DNA of 64,000 nt from the sequence record PP496440.1, one strand, 5' to 3'. Of this stretch, positions 10,284-18,583 are shown one piece after another (the first letter of the stretch is position 1; each line of letters opens with the position of its first letter). The notes below the pieces were generated by a model. That model was not told the DNA's origin. It made no database searches and saw nothing but the letters and a program-made list of their open reading frames with translations. A program made the position numbers and the translations under genes.

Positions 10284-11969
10284 ATGACCAGATTGACCCT
10301 AGCAACCGTCAACGCCGAGATAGCAAAGTCCGGTGGCAAAGAAACTCTGGTCAAGGGTAAGGGCTACTTCTACTGGATAGGTGGCCGTGCCGACGCCGAT
10401 CCTCAAATCTGGACTTCCATTTACGTTGCTGCGCTAAACCAGATGACGCTGGCCCAGTGGCTGGAAGACTGGAAGCGCAATGACGACCAATACAACAAAC
10501 CTACTCCCGACAAGGAAACCCGCAAAATGGCTATCAGACACGTTCAGACCCTCGCAGCTCCTACCAAATCCGGTAAGACGGCATCTGCCAACCCAGCACT
10601 GGAAGCAGCCGAAGCTGAACTTAAAAAGGTTCAGAGCACCATTCAGGGTTTCAAAGCCCGTGGCCTGGTCCCTACTTCCCCGTGGGAAAGGAAACTCAAG
10701 GACGCTAAGGCAGCTGTGTCCGCTGCCAAGAAAAAGAAGACCACTGCTGCTCCTGCACAGGAGACTGCTTCCCCGGCTACCGACTTCGCCAAGTCGTTGA
10801 AGAAGGGCGTTCGTGTACTGGTCAATCTCGGCAACACCAAAGAGCCGTCCTACTTCCTCGGCGCCATTACCAAGAACAACGCCAGCAAGGGTTCGGTCAA
10901 CGTGCTGTTCGATGACGGCGACGTTGCAGAGGTCCGTGCGATCAAATCCAAGGTCGGTATCGTGGGCATCGCCATCGATAAGGTACGCAAGTCGGAAGTT
11001 CCTGCTGACCAGATCGACAAGTGGCTGGCCGGTGCAGCTCCAACGACTAAGACCCCTGCCAGCCCGAAAGCGGCGGGAGAGTGGACTGTCAAGTCTATTG
11101 TGGCGTGGCTGGAAAGCGCAGGCTACACCAAACCAGAACCAACCCGGCTTCCTACCCGGTTCGAAAGGAAGCTTCCGTCTGGTGCTGTGATTCAAGCAGA
11201 TGTAAATATGAAAAAGACCGTGGCCCTAACCGCCATGGGTAAAGAAGGGTATGTACATTACACAGTTGACTCCTTCGCCAAGCTCAAGAACGCAGACTCT
11301 TCGCTTGCCAAGTCGGCTGTTGTCGGCACCAAGGTAGGGAACGCATTGATCCCGCCGAAAAAGTCGGGTTCACCTAAACCGTTCAGCCCAGCGGAAGCCC
11401 GGAAGGTCATCGGTGCTATCCCCGGCTGGAAGGCATCCAACGTGAAGAACAAAGCGTCAGCCACGTTCACCAAAGATTACCCGAACGGTGTAACTGCTAC
11501 CGCATTGATCTTCCCGACTCACGTTACGTTCAATTATCCTCAAGGTGAGAACGATCACGTCGGCGACTTGTCCAAGATCCCAGCCTATATCCAACAGATC
11601 GACGAGGATCAAGCCGCACCAGTAGAAGACGGCAAAGCACTGGATGATCTGGCCAAGGCATTGAAGGGCTGGCCGAACAAGGTCCTCCCACGGGATGCTG
11701 ACGAAGACAACTTCCTGCTGCGCGGGTTTGAAGATGATGACCTTCCGGCTGATGTGGAGCCAACCGCTGACGCCATCGAAGCACATGCAATCTCGATCTT
11801 CAAGAAGATGAAAAGTGTTGACAACTTCAAGAAGAGCAAGATGTACCACGGGGATAACACTTACTCCTTCTCGGCTGGCGGCACCGTGGGCTACGTGTAC
11901 TTCGACGAAGATGGCGTTGGCATGGTCCGTGCAACCCCGTTCCAAGAGTCCACGCCGGGAAAGTCCTAA
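10284..11969 (+). CDS. Multi-module protein sharing domains with the two head proteins
   Basis: Tudor-like VLVNLG..V.FDDGD module, K/A-rich helices, C-terminal module homologous to part of 5260..7452; start set by GAGG RBS. Confidence 0.8.
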   Translation: MTRLTLATVNAEIAKSGGKETLVKGKGYFYWIGGRADADPQIWTSIYVAALNQMTLAQWLEDWKRNDDQYNKPTPDKETRKMAIRHVQTLAAPTKSGKTASANPALEAAEAELKKVQSTIQGFKARGLVPTSPWERKLKDAKAAVSAAKKKKTTAAPAQETASPATDFAKSLKKGVRVLVNLGNTKEPSYFLGAITKNNASKGSVNVLFDDGDVAEVRAIKSKVGIVGIAIDKVRKSEVPADQIDKWLAGAAPTTKTPASPKAAGEWTVKSIVAWLESAGYTKPEPTRLPTRFERKLPSGAVIQADVNMKKTVALTAMGKEGYVHYTVDSFAKLKNADSSLAKSAVVGTKVGNALIPPKKSGSPKPFSPAEARKVIGAIPGWKASNVKNKASATFTKDYPNGVTATALIFPTHVTFNYPQGENDHVGDLSKIPAYIQQIDEDQAAPVEDGKALDDLAKALKGWPNKVLPRDADEDNFLLRGFEDDDLPADVEPTADAIEAHAISIFKKMKSVDNFKKSKMYHGDNTYSFSAGGTVGYVYFDEDGVGMVRATPFQESTPGKS

Positions 11970-12082
11970 GTCCCGCTAAGGGACAGACCCAAGACGAGCT
12001 GAAAGCTTTCTGTCGACAGATAGGGTTGTGGGTTTCCGGTTCTAGCGTAGCCCCTAGGAACTATCGTATCTACGACGGGGGT

Positions 12083-12274
12083 ATGGAAGGTAATAAGAAA
12101 GTGTTGGATGTAGTTCTGGGCGATGAGTTTATGGCTAACGCTGATGGATCAGGCAACAGTTATGATCGACTCCTCGATAAACTGAATGCCCTGAGCGACA
12201 AGAAGTTCATCGTCAGTCCTTGCGCTGGGGTGTATGGAAACGTCGGTAAAGATCTGACCGGATTGTCCTACTGA
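12083..12274 (+). CDS. Small hypothetical protein (63 aa) behind a structured leader
   Basis: GGGGGT RBS-like sequence before ATG; open frame. Confidence 0.4.
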   Translation: MEGNKKVLDVVLGDEFMANADGSGNSYDRLLDKLNALSDKKFIVSPCAGVYGNVGKDLTGLSY

Positions 12275-12282
12275 GCCAGATA

Positions 12283-12423
12283 CGGTAAATGATCCATGTA
12301 TCGGAGGTACCGGGGCTAGATTCATAGCTGGTTCCGGGAGTCACCCTAAGAGGTGTAGGGTCAAAGGGTTTCACCCTCTTAGGTTTCGTCCGCGCTTTCC
12401 TTACCGATTGCGCGGACTTTTTT
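12283..12423 (+). ncRNA. Candidate small non-coding RNA
   Basis: Begins at GGTAAATGA motif, two hairpins (incl. perfect CCTAAGAGG/CCTCTTAGG stem), ends in terminator; no ORF above 12 codons on + strand. Confidence 0.35.
12388..12423 (+). terminator. Intrinsic terminator
   Basis: GTCCGCGC/GCGCGGAC stem followed by T6. Confidence 0.8.
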
Positions 12424-12450
12424 ATCTGCAAAAATATATTCGAAAATAAG

Positions 12451-12480
12451 TTGTACACAATGATGCCCACGTGCTATACT
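12451..12480 (+). promoter_or_regulatory. Sigma70-type early promoter with AT-rich UP element
   Basis: TTGTAC-N18-TATACT, TG extension, AAAAATATATTCGAAAATAAG upstream. Confidence 0.7.
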
Positions 12481-12551
12481 GGAATCACGGGGGCGTGATG
12501 CCCCACCAATACCGGCCCGAACGGCCACCACTGTCCCAAGAGGAATGCACC

Positions 12552-13046
12552 ATGCCAGCGATGAAGCCTAAGACCACCCCAAGCGAACGCGACATCCAGA
12601 TTGCGATCAGCCAACTGGAAAATTTGAAGCTGGTAGCGATGGGTGAGATGGATCCGGTATATCGCGATGATCTGCAGTCGTGGCTGGCCGACTGGTATCC
12701 AGACTTTTCGTGGAACCCTAACCAGTCAAGCGTTCAGATTCAAGCGATGGTTAACCTTCCAGAGTTCGCTGACGTCGAATTAAATCTTAACCGTCGGTAT
12801 GATGTAGACTTCTACAAGGAGTTGGCTGACGGCGTAGCAGAGTCCTGTGACTACCCACTGGTTCGCGACACGCTTAACGAGAGGGGAAGAGACTCAATCC
12901 GTAACGCTTCAAAACGCGGCATGCAGTTTCACGTATTCGTTGACGGCATCTGGCAAACAAGCTGGTACAGTTACGAGGTGGCTAAGTCTATCGAAGCCAA
13001 AGAGAAGAACGCCGCGACTTATAACTCCCAGTTCGAGATCGTTTGA
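12552..13046 (+). CDS. Hypothetical early protein
   Basis: CTGTCCCAAGAGG leader before ATG 12552. Confidence 0.75.
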   Translation: MPAMKPKTTPSERDIQIAISQLENLKLVAMGEMDPVYRDDLQSWLADWYPDFSWNPNQSSVQIQAMVNLPEFADVELNLNRRYDVDFYKELADGVAESCDYPLVRDTLNERGRDSIRNASKRGMQFHVFVDGIWQTSWYSYEVAKSIEAKEKNAATYNSQFEIV

Positions 13047-13074
13047 TCAACCCTATCCCAAAGAGGAATGCACC

Positions 13075-13548
13075 ATGACTTTCAAGTACACTCCAGACTT
13101 CGACGTTGCCAGCCGCACTTACCGTATCGAGTCTGACTTCGCTACCAAGGTGTTGACGTTCATTGAAACACTGTGGGGCCTGCCGGGCGCTGGTGGTACG
13201 CCGATCATGGAACGTTCCATTCAGATGTCCATGCAGAAGACCGAAAGCCACGAGATTCGTGTTACCAACTACTTCCAAGACAGCACGCTGCTGAAGACTG
13301 TCGTGGCCGTCCGTGCTTTCATGGACATGCGAGATGCGCCTAGCGCCGTGACCAATCACGTGTTCGTAGACGGGTTTGTCCCGAGCGAATCGTGGGGCTC
13401 AGACATCATGATGACCTTCAACTCGATCATCATGGACGCCAACAAGTGGATGCGGGTAGCCGCTGAGATTGGTGTGGATCAGAGCATCCACTTGAATGAA
13501 CTCCAGATGGACATGCAGGACAAGATGAACAAGGCCACTGGGCTCTGA
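13075..13548 (+). CDS. Hypothetical early protein
   Basis: TATCCCAAAGAGG leader before ATG 13075. Confidence 0.75.
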   Translation: MTFKYTPDFDVASRTYRIESDFATKVLTFIETLWGLPGAGGTPIMERSIQMSMQKTESHEIRVTNYFQDSTLLKTVVAVRAFMDMRDAPSAVTNHVFVDGFVPSESWGSDIMMTFNSIIMDANKWMRVAAEIGVDQSIHLNELQMDMQDKMNKATGL

Positions 13549-13607
13549 TCCACAACCGGGACCGCAAGGTCCCACTCCAACCTAATATCCCAAAGAGGAA
13601 CGCAACA

Positions 13608-14093
13608 ATGAACAAGCACAATCTCGCAACTGGCTCCCTGATCCTTCTCGTCACCGGCTTTCTGATGGCAGGTGTTGTAACTCAAGCAAGCGCCGCAATG
13701 ATCGCTCCCCCGGTCCTCCAGACGAATGGTAATGGTCCGGCACCGTCCGCCAACTTCGCCCGCAACGAAGAGATGTTCTGTAAGAAGCTGGGCCGCGTGT
13801 CGTTCACCGCCGCACAGATGCGTGACGTGGACGCAACACCGGAAGAGACCACAGCTGCGGTAGACATGATGACTACCACGCTGCGCCCAGATACCCGTGA
13901 GATGATGCGCTCCGTGGTGTCGGCAGTGTACGGGGATGCGCAGAAGCTCAAGCCGGAAGAGATATCGCTGAATTTGTTCTCTAATTGTATGGGACGCGTT
14001 GATCCCGCAACCACGTACACCCAGAACGGACGCCCACCGGTACAGCAAGCACCGACAGCGGTTTCCACTACGCCCAGACCCATCACCCATTAA
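13608..14093 (+). CDS. Exported hypothetical protein
   Basis: Signal peptide ending ASA, Cys pair, conserved leader. Confidence 0.75.
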   Translation: MNKHNLATGSLILLVTGFLMAGVVTQASAAMIAPPVLQTNGNGPAPSANFARNEEMFCKKLGRVSFTAAQMRDVDATPEETTAAVDMMTTTLRPDTREMMRSVVSAVYGDAQKLKPEEISLNLFSNCMGRVDPATTYTQNGRPPVQQAPTAVSTTPRPITH

Positions 14094-14122
14094 CTCACGC
14101 TGACCGCGTAAGGTAGACTACC

Positions 14123-14431
14123 GTGAAAGACAAAATCGCCCTCGTACTTTTTGCTGTGTATCTGATGTTCGTGCCCATCGCGCAGGCAGCAGACACCAAC
14201 GTTATCGGCACTCAATACGAAACGTGGGAGAAAGGCGTAGCCGCTTGCCTACGTACCCAGGTGGTTGGTGGGTACGGATGTGACAACGGCGATGGCGTCA
14301 AGCTGTTCTCCCAGTACGTGCAAGCGATCTTGGATAGTAACGGTAGGGAATCCTACAAGAGTCGAGTGGTCGCACTCGACTACCGAGGTGATGGCGCGAT
14401 CATCATTCATTACGTGTTCACCCGCAAGTAA
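14123..14431 (+). CDS. Exported hypothetical protein
   Basis: Signal peptide MKDKIALVLFAVYLMFVPIAQA, Cys pair. Confidence 0.7.
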   Translation: MKDKIALVLFAVYLMFVPIAQAADTNVIGTQYETWEKGVAACLRTQVVGGYGCDNGDGVKLFSQYVQAILDSNGRESYKSRVVALDYRGDGAIIIHYVFTRK

Positions 14432-14435
14432 CGTC

Positions 14436-14469
14436 AAGCCCGCCCGGATAGCCCCGAGGCGGGCTTTTT
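14436..14469 (+). terminator. Intrinsic terminator
   Basis: AAGCCCGCC/GGCGGGCTT stem plus T tract; near-identical to 28283-28312. Confidence 0.8.
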
Positions 14470-14699
14470 CGTTTCCGGCGCACCATCGATGCTGGGATAT
14501 CGGCATCGCACCGCCTGCGTGATCCTACGCGGTCGGGTACACTGCCAGTCGGGCACTGATCAACGTGGCTAAGGGCTAATTTAATCGGTAAATGATTAAC
14601 AGTCCCACCAAGAACCATCCTACCTAAATGCATCTTGCAGGTAAGCACCGCCATTAATTCAAGGGGTCTGCGGCCCCACCGTTTCGGAGCACAAACAGA

Positions 14700-15878
14700 A
14701 TGACGAAGAAGATTGGTACAGCACTGGCCGTATTGGTGTGCATGTTGACACTACAAGGTCAGGCCCATGCCGACTACGACACCAAGGCTTGCAACGTGTC
14801 GTTCACGGAAGAGCAGGAACGAATACTGGGGACTGCCCATCAGGTAGGTTCCCCGGTCAACTTCGGAGTGACTCTCCAAGCCATTGCATGGAAAGAGTCC
14901 TTTGTCGGGGACAAGGTAGTTCGCGCTAACCCAACCGACGGGCGTTACGGTTCTTACGGCATCACCCACGTGCAGCTCTCGACGGGCGCATGGATGCTAG
15001 ACCAGAAGCCCACCAAACCATTCCGAACAGGTCTTCGTAACGATCTAGTCACCGACGACAGCTATGCGCTCCAGTTCGCTGCGGCCTATCTGGTGCACAC
15101 GGAAACCATCGCCAAGAAGATCACCCGTGACGGTAACCGCCAATGGCGAGCCACGGTGGCGTCTTACAACGGTTCAGGCGCCCAAGCGCGCCGTTACGTG
15201 GAAGATGTTGCTGACAAAGTATCCTACCTTAAATCCTGTGGGTTGACCAAGACCATGAAACGAATCAGTACCCCTCTGGTTGCTTCCGATAGCACTGCCA
15301 AGAAGTCTGCCAAGCAGAAGCTGCGGGATCGACTTGCCGAGAAGCGAGCGGCCACATCCGTTGCTGAGACCAAATCCAAGCGCCCCAACACCAAGTCTCG
15401 CAAAGTGGCGGATGAACCCGTCAAGGTGAAGCGTGCCCGTGACGTACTGGCCGCCGCCGGTGCACTCCCGCGCAAGTCTCCGAAGTCAGTATTGCGTAAC
15501 GCTGACCCTCTGACCAAAGAGTACATCCAGAAGAAGACGATGGACATCTACACCCGTGCACTCAAGCGCGCCAAAGGTGATCCTACCGTAATCGCATGGG
15601 CCAAGGGGTTGGCGGTCAAGCACATCAAAGACCCACTGGATCAACAGTTCATGTTCTCAGTGCACACACTGGCGGCATGCTGTGTTGCCGGTGGGCAGAC
15701 GAAGTTTCAAGCCGATCTGGACTTCCTCAACTTGATGCTGGCAACCTATCTGAACCCGAGCGTGGCACTGGTGTTCAAGAACGGCAAATTCGACGCCGCG
15801 CTGATCAGTAAGGAAGAAGCCGCCGAGCGCATGCACAACGAAGACGGCATCAGCGTCATCTACAGCGTTATCGTATAA
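14700..15878 (+). CDS. Exported lytic transglycosylase (SLT-like) with basic linker and unknown C-terminal domain
   Basis: Signal peptide; LQAIAWKES (catalytic Glu), SYGITHVQ and VASYNGSG correspond to SLT motifs I-III. Confidence 0.75.
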   Translation: MTKKIGTALAVLVCMLTLQGQAHADYDTKACNVSFTEEQERILGTAHQVGSPVNFGVTLQAIAWKESFVGDKVVRANPTDGRYGSYGITHVQLSTGAWMLDQKPTKPFRTGLRNDLVTDDSYALQFAAAYLVHTETIAKKITRDGNRQWRATVASYNGSGAQARRYVEDVADKVSYLKSCGLTKTMKRISTPLVASDSTAKKSAKQKLRDRLAEKRAATSVAETKSKRPNTKSRKVADEPVKVKRARDVLAAAGALPRKSPKSVLRNADPLTKEYIQKKTMDIYTRALKRAKGDPTVIAWAKGLAVKHIKDPLDQQFMFSVHTLAACCVAGGQTKFQADLDFLNLMLATYLNPSVALVFKNGKFDAALISKEEAAERMHNEDGISVIYSVIV

Positions 15879-15888
15879 GGAGAGCATC

Positions 15889-16059
15889 ATGGCAAGTTCC
15901 GCTAAGAAAGACAAGTACCAAGACATTGACGTGGAACTTGCCATTCTCACCACGGTCAAGACGGTAACGACGGGGAAGCAGCTGACGGACAAAGTGCGAG
16001 AGGCGTTGCCTGACCTCTCTGCCGAACAACTCAAACGTTGCCTGAACAAGTTCTGCTGA
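15889..16059 (+). CDS. Small hypothetical protein (56 aa)
   Basis: AAGGAG RBS; read by hand. Confidence 0.6.
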   Translation: MASSAKKDKYQDIDVELAILTTVKTVTTGKQLTDKVREALPDLSAEQLKRCLNKFC

Positions 16060-16071
16060 GAATATCCTATT

Positions 16072-16344
16072 ATGACTCCTATCCCTGCTAATCAGGTAAC
16101 TGCACATTGCACGTGCAACCGTGACTGGATCTTCAGGCATACCAGCCACGCCCCAGATGGTGATCCGTTGGGCGGCAAGCTTACCTGCTACACGTGTGGG
16201 TTGACCACAAGGTTTGACTACTCCTTCCGGGAGTCAAGGCGTATAATATGGAAGCATGAGAGCCTTGGCAACGGTGTATGGCCGATACCTGATGATGTGT
16301 GGGTAGAATTGCAAAAGATGAATGCCCAGCGCGGGAAGAAGTAA
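16072..16344 (+). CDS. Small Zn-ribbon-like protein
   Basis: CTC...CYTC. Confidence 0.6.
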   Translation: MTPIPANQVTAHCTCNRDWIFRHTSHAPDGDPLGGKLTCYTCGLTTRFDYSFRESRRIIWKHESLGNGVWPIPDDVWVELQKMNAQRGKK

Positions 16345-16369
16345 CTACCCTAATCCGAGATACCCTACC

Positions 16370-17350
16370 ATGAAATACATCATCTTCGACGTGACGGTGA
16401 GCAAAGGGGTAAAGAAGAAGGTTCCTGTGATCTTCGATGAGTTCCTTGTGCACGCGGATGTCGCCCGTAAGCTTCAAGATGTATCCAAGCCGCTGAAGCT
16501 GCGCCCGGCCACGGCAGGCTTTATCGACTTCGATGTCAAGCAGACGTACGGGAAGTCTACGTCATTGGGTATCGGTATCGGCATTGATGATTGCGAGATC
16601 ATCGAGCGTATGTATCTCACCAAGGGATATCAGAGCCAGGAAATGGATGATTTGATATCCAGTCTGGTCAGCAAAGCGGAAGCGGTCGCCAGTAAGATGG
16701 TAGGTAAGGTAGCCAACGACAACGGCCCGTTGATTTGCCCGGTGTGCACGCGCCCAGACAATCGTCCGCATGAAGGTTGGCACACTATCTACAACTGCCA
16801 CTTCGACTGCATCGAAGGTTATGAAGCACTGGCGGAAGGCCAACCGCTCGCGCCACCAGCCAGCGTACCCAATCTCATGGCTGCCGCACGGCAAGCTCTT
16901 GACCAGTCCCGTGCGGCGAAGCAAGAGCCTACGCTGGCCCATGCGTTCACCCATACCTGCCAACTACCCAGCGTGGTGCCGAACGTCCAGATGGACACAC
17001 GCACCGCCAAGCCGCTGCTATTCACATGCCAGCGAGCCGTCCAGGCGCTCATTGCAGCGCGTCCGGCCAGCCCCCTATTCAAACGGGCGCACTGGCACTC
17101 CAAACAAGCCCTGATGGCTTCACAGCGCTTCACACAAGCATACCTGTTCCATGCGTACCAGCTCGCGGCGATGTCGGCGTGGGAGGATAACGCGGAGAAG
17201 ATCGAGTGCATGACCTTGATCAACTTGGTGCAGACCATGGACCCGCACAATGAATTACGTGACAAGGTTTTCACGGTAAATACTCAACATGGAACAGTGA
17301 CTACTCACTCTCTATCCCAAGCTAAATCCTTTGCTAGCAGGCAGGTTTAA
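16370..17350 (+). CDS. Multi-domain hypothetical protein
   Basis: Open frame of about 326 aa; CPVC/H/C cluster in the middle. Confidence 0.7.
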   Translation: MKYIIFDVTVSKGVKKKVPVIFDEFLVHADVARKLQDVSKPLKLRPATAGFIDFDVKQTYGKSTSLGIGIGIDDCEIIERMYLTKGYQSQEMDDLISSLVSKAEAVASKMVGKVANDNGPLICPVCTRPDNRPHEGWHTIYNCHFDCIEGYEALAEGQPLAPPASVPNLMAAARQALDQSRAAKQEPTLAHAFTHTCQLPSVVPNVQMDTRTAKPLLFTCQRAVQALIAARPASPLFKRAHWHSKQALMASQRFTQAYLFHAYQLAAMSAWEDNAEKIECMTLINLVQTMDPHNELRDKVFTVNTQHGTVTTHSLSQAKSFASRQV

Positions 17351-17351
17351 A

Positions 17352-18554
17352 ATGACCACCAAGACAATGCTGTTGAACAACGTCACCGCCATCGATGTAG
17401 GATTCCTGACCGCCCAAGGCGTGTTCGGGGCCAGCGTACGTCCTTCGTTCCTTATCACCGGCGAGATGTCCGAGGACGAACAGGTGGTTGTGGATTTCTC
17501 CACGATCAAGAAGTCCATCAAGGAACTGATCGACCACAAAGAGCTGGGCATCGATCACAAGACCATCGTCATCGGTCCAGCATTTCCAAAACCTGAAGAT
17601 GACGATGACTTCACCGTCACTATGGGCGGTCCTGTGGGTGGTTCCGTTCGCATGACTGCCCCGGAAGACGCTTTCGTGTTCTTGTCCGAACGTTGCCCCA
17701 ACGCACTCAGCGAAGACTGGAACACCAAGGGTAAGCTGCTGTCCGATTGCGTTGTAGTAGATCGTCACGGCGGTCTGGTATCCCCAGAGCGCTTCGTCAT
17801 TCCGTTGGTGCAAGAACTGCTGAGCCGCGAACTGCCAAAGCTCTTCCCCACGTTGACCGACATCAAGGTGTTCTACAGCAAAGACGTCACAGCGCCGTTG
17901 CAGCCTAGCCACATCCGTGTGGGCGCCATGTTCAAAGGCGAAGATCACAATCCGATGATGGACACGCTGGTGGAAGACAACATCCGCCTCACCTACTCCC
18001 ACGGTCTGCCCCGCTCCACCAGCTGGGGCTGCCAGAACATCCTGCACGGCCACGTCAGCGTCGTGACACTGGCTATGCCTCATTCCCGCTCCGACCATAC
18101 ACAGGCTATCCTGCTGGACATTCGCCATGATCTGGCGGGTAAGTATCTGGTGGCCGAGCGTGACGTAATCCCGGCGGATGATGAACCGTCTGTACTGGAC
18201 GACGAAGATGCCGTATTGGAAGGCACCGACGAAGATCAGGACGCTAACTCCGACGATCTGATGGACGCACATACCATGTCTGAAGACGATGCGCCGGACG
18301 AAGTTGACGACGTAGCTATCCAAGGTACGAACATCGGGTTCGAGTCCATGTCTCGCGGCTCGTTCAGCCTGTTCCTGCCACACGGCAGCACCCAGATCAA
18401 AGTGATGCCGACGGACACCACCGTTGAAAACATCGCCCAGTACATCTGGGACACTCACGTCCAGCCCGCCATTGAAGCCTACGAACTGACCGACGTATCC
18501 ATGTACGTCTCGGAAGGCTTGGACAAAGGCGCATTCATCCGTCAGCAGGTATGA
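17352..18554 (+). CDS. queD: QueD-like 6-carboxytetrahydropterin synthase (tandem T-fold type) with acidic insertion
   Basis: VVDFSTIKKSIKELIDH...IDHK, YSHGL...GCQNILHGH (Zn-His and catalytic Cys), TTVENIA match the long gamma-proteobacterial QueD-like family. Confidence 0.75.
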   Translation: MTTKTMLLNNVTAIDVGFLTAQGVFGASVRPSFLITGEMSEDEQVVVDFSTIKKSIKELIDHKELGIDHKTIVIGPAFPKPEDDDDFTVTMGGPVGGSVRMTAPEDAFVFLSERCPNALSEDWNTKGKLLSDCVVVDRHGGLVSPERFVIPLVQELLSRELPKLFPTLTDIKVFYSKDVTAPLQPSHIRVGAMFKGEDHNPMMDTLVEDNIRLTYSHGLPRSTSWGCQNILHGHVSVVTLAMPHSRSDHTQAILLDIRHDLAGKYLVAERDVIPADDEPSVLDDEDAVLEGTDEDQDANSDDLMDAHTMSEDDAPDEVDDVAIQGTNIGFESMSRGSFSLFLPHGSTQIKVMPTDTTVENIAQYIWDTHVQPAIEAYELTDVSMYVSEGLDKGAFIRQQV

Positions 18555-18583
18555 GCATGCTTGCACAACTCCGAGGTAACACC

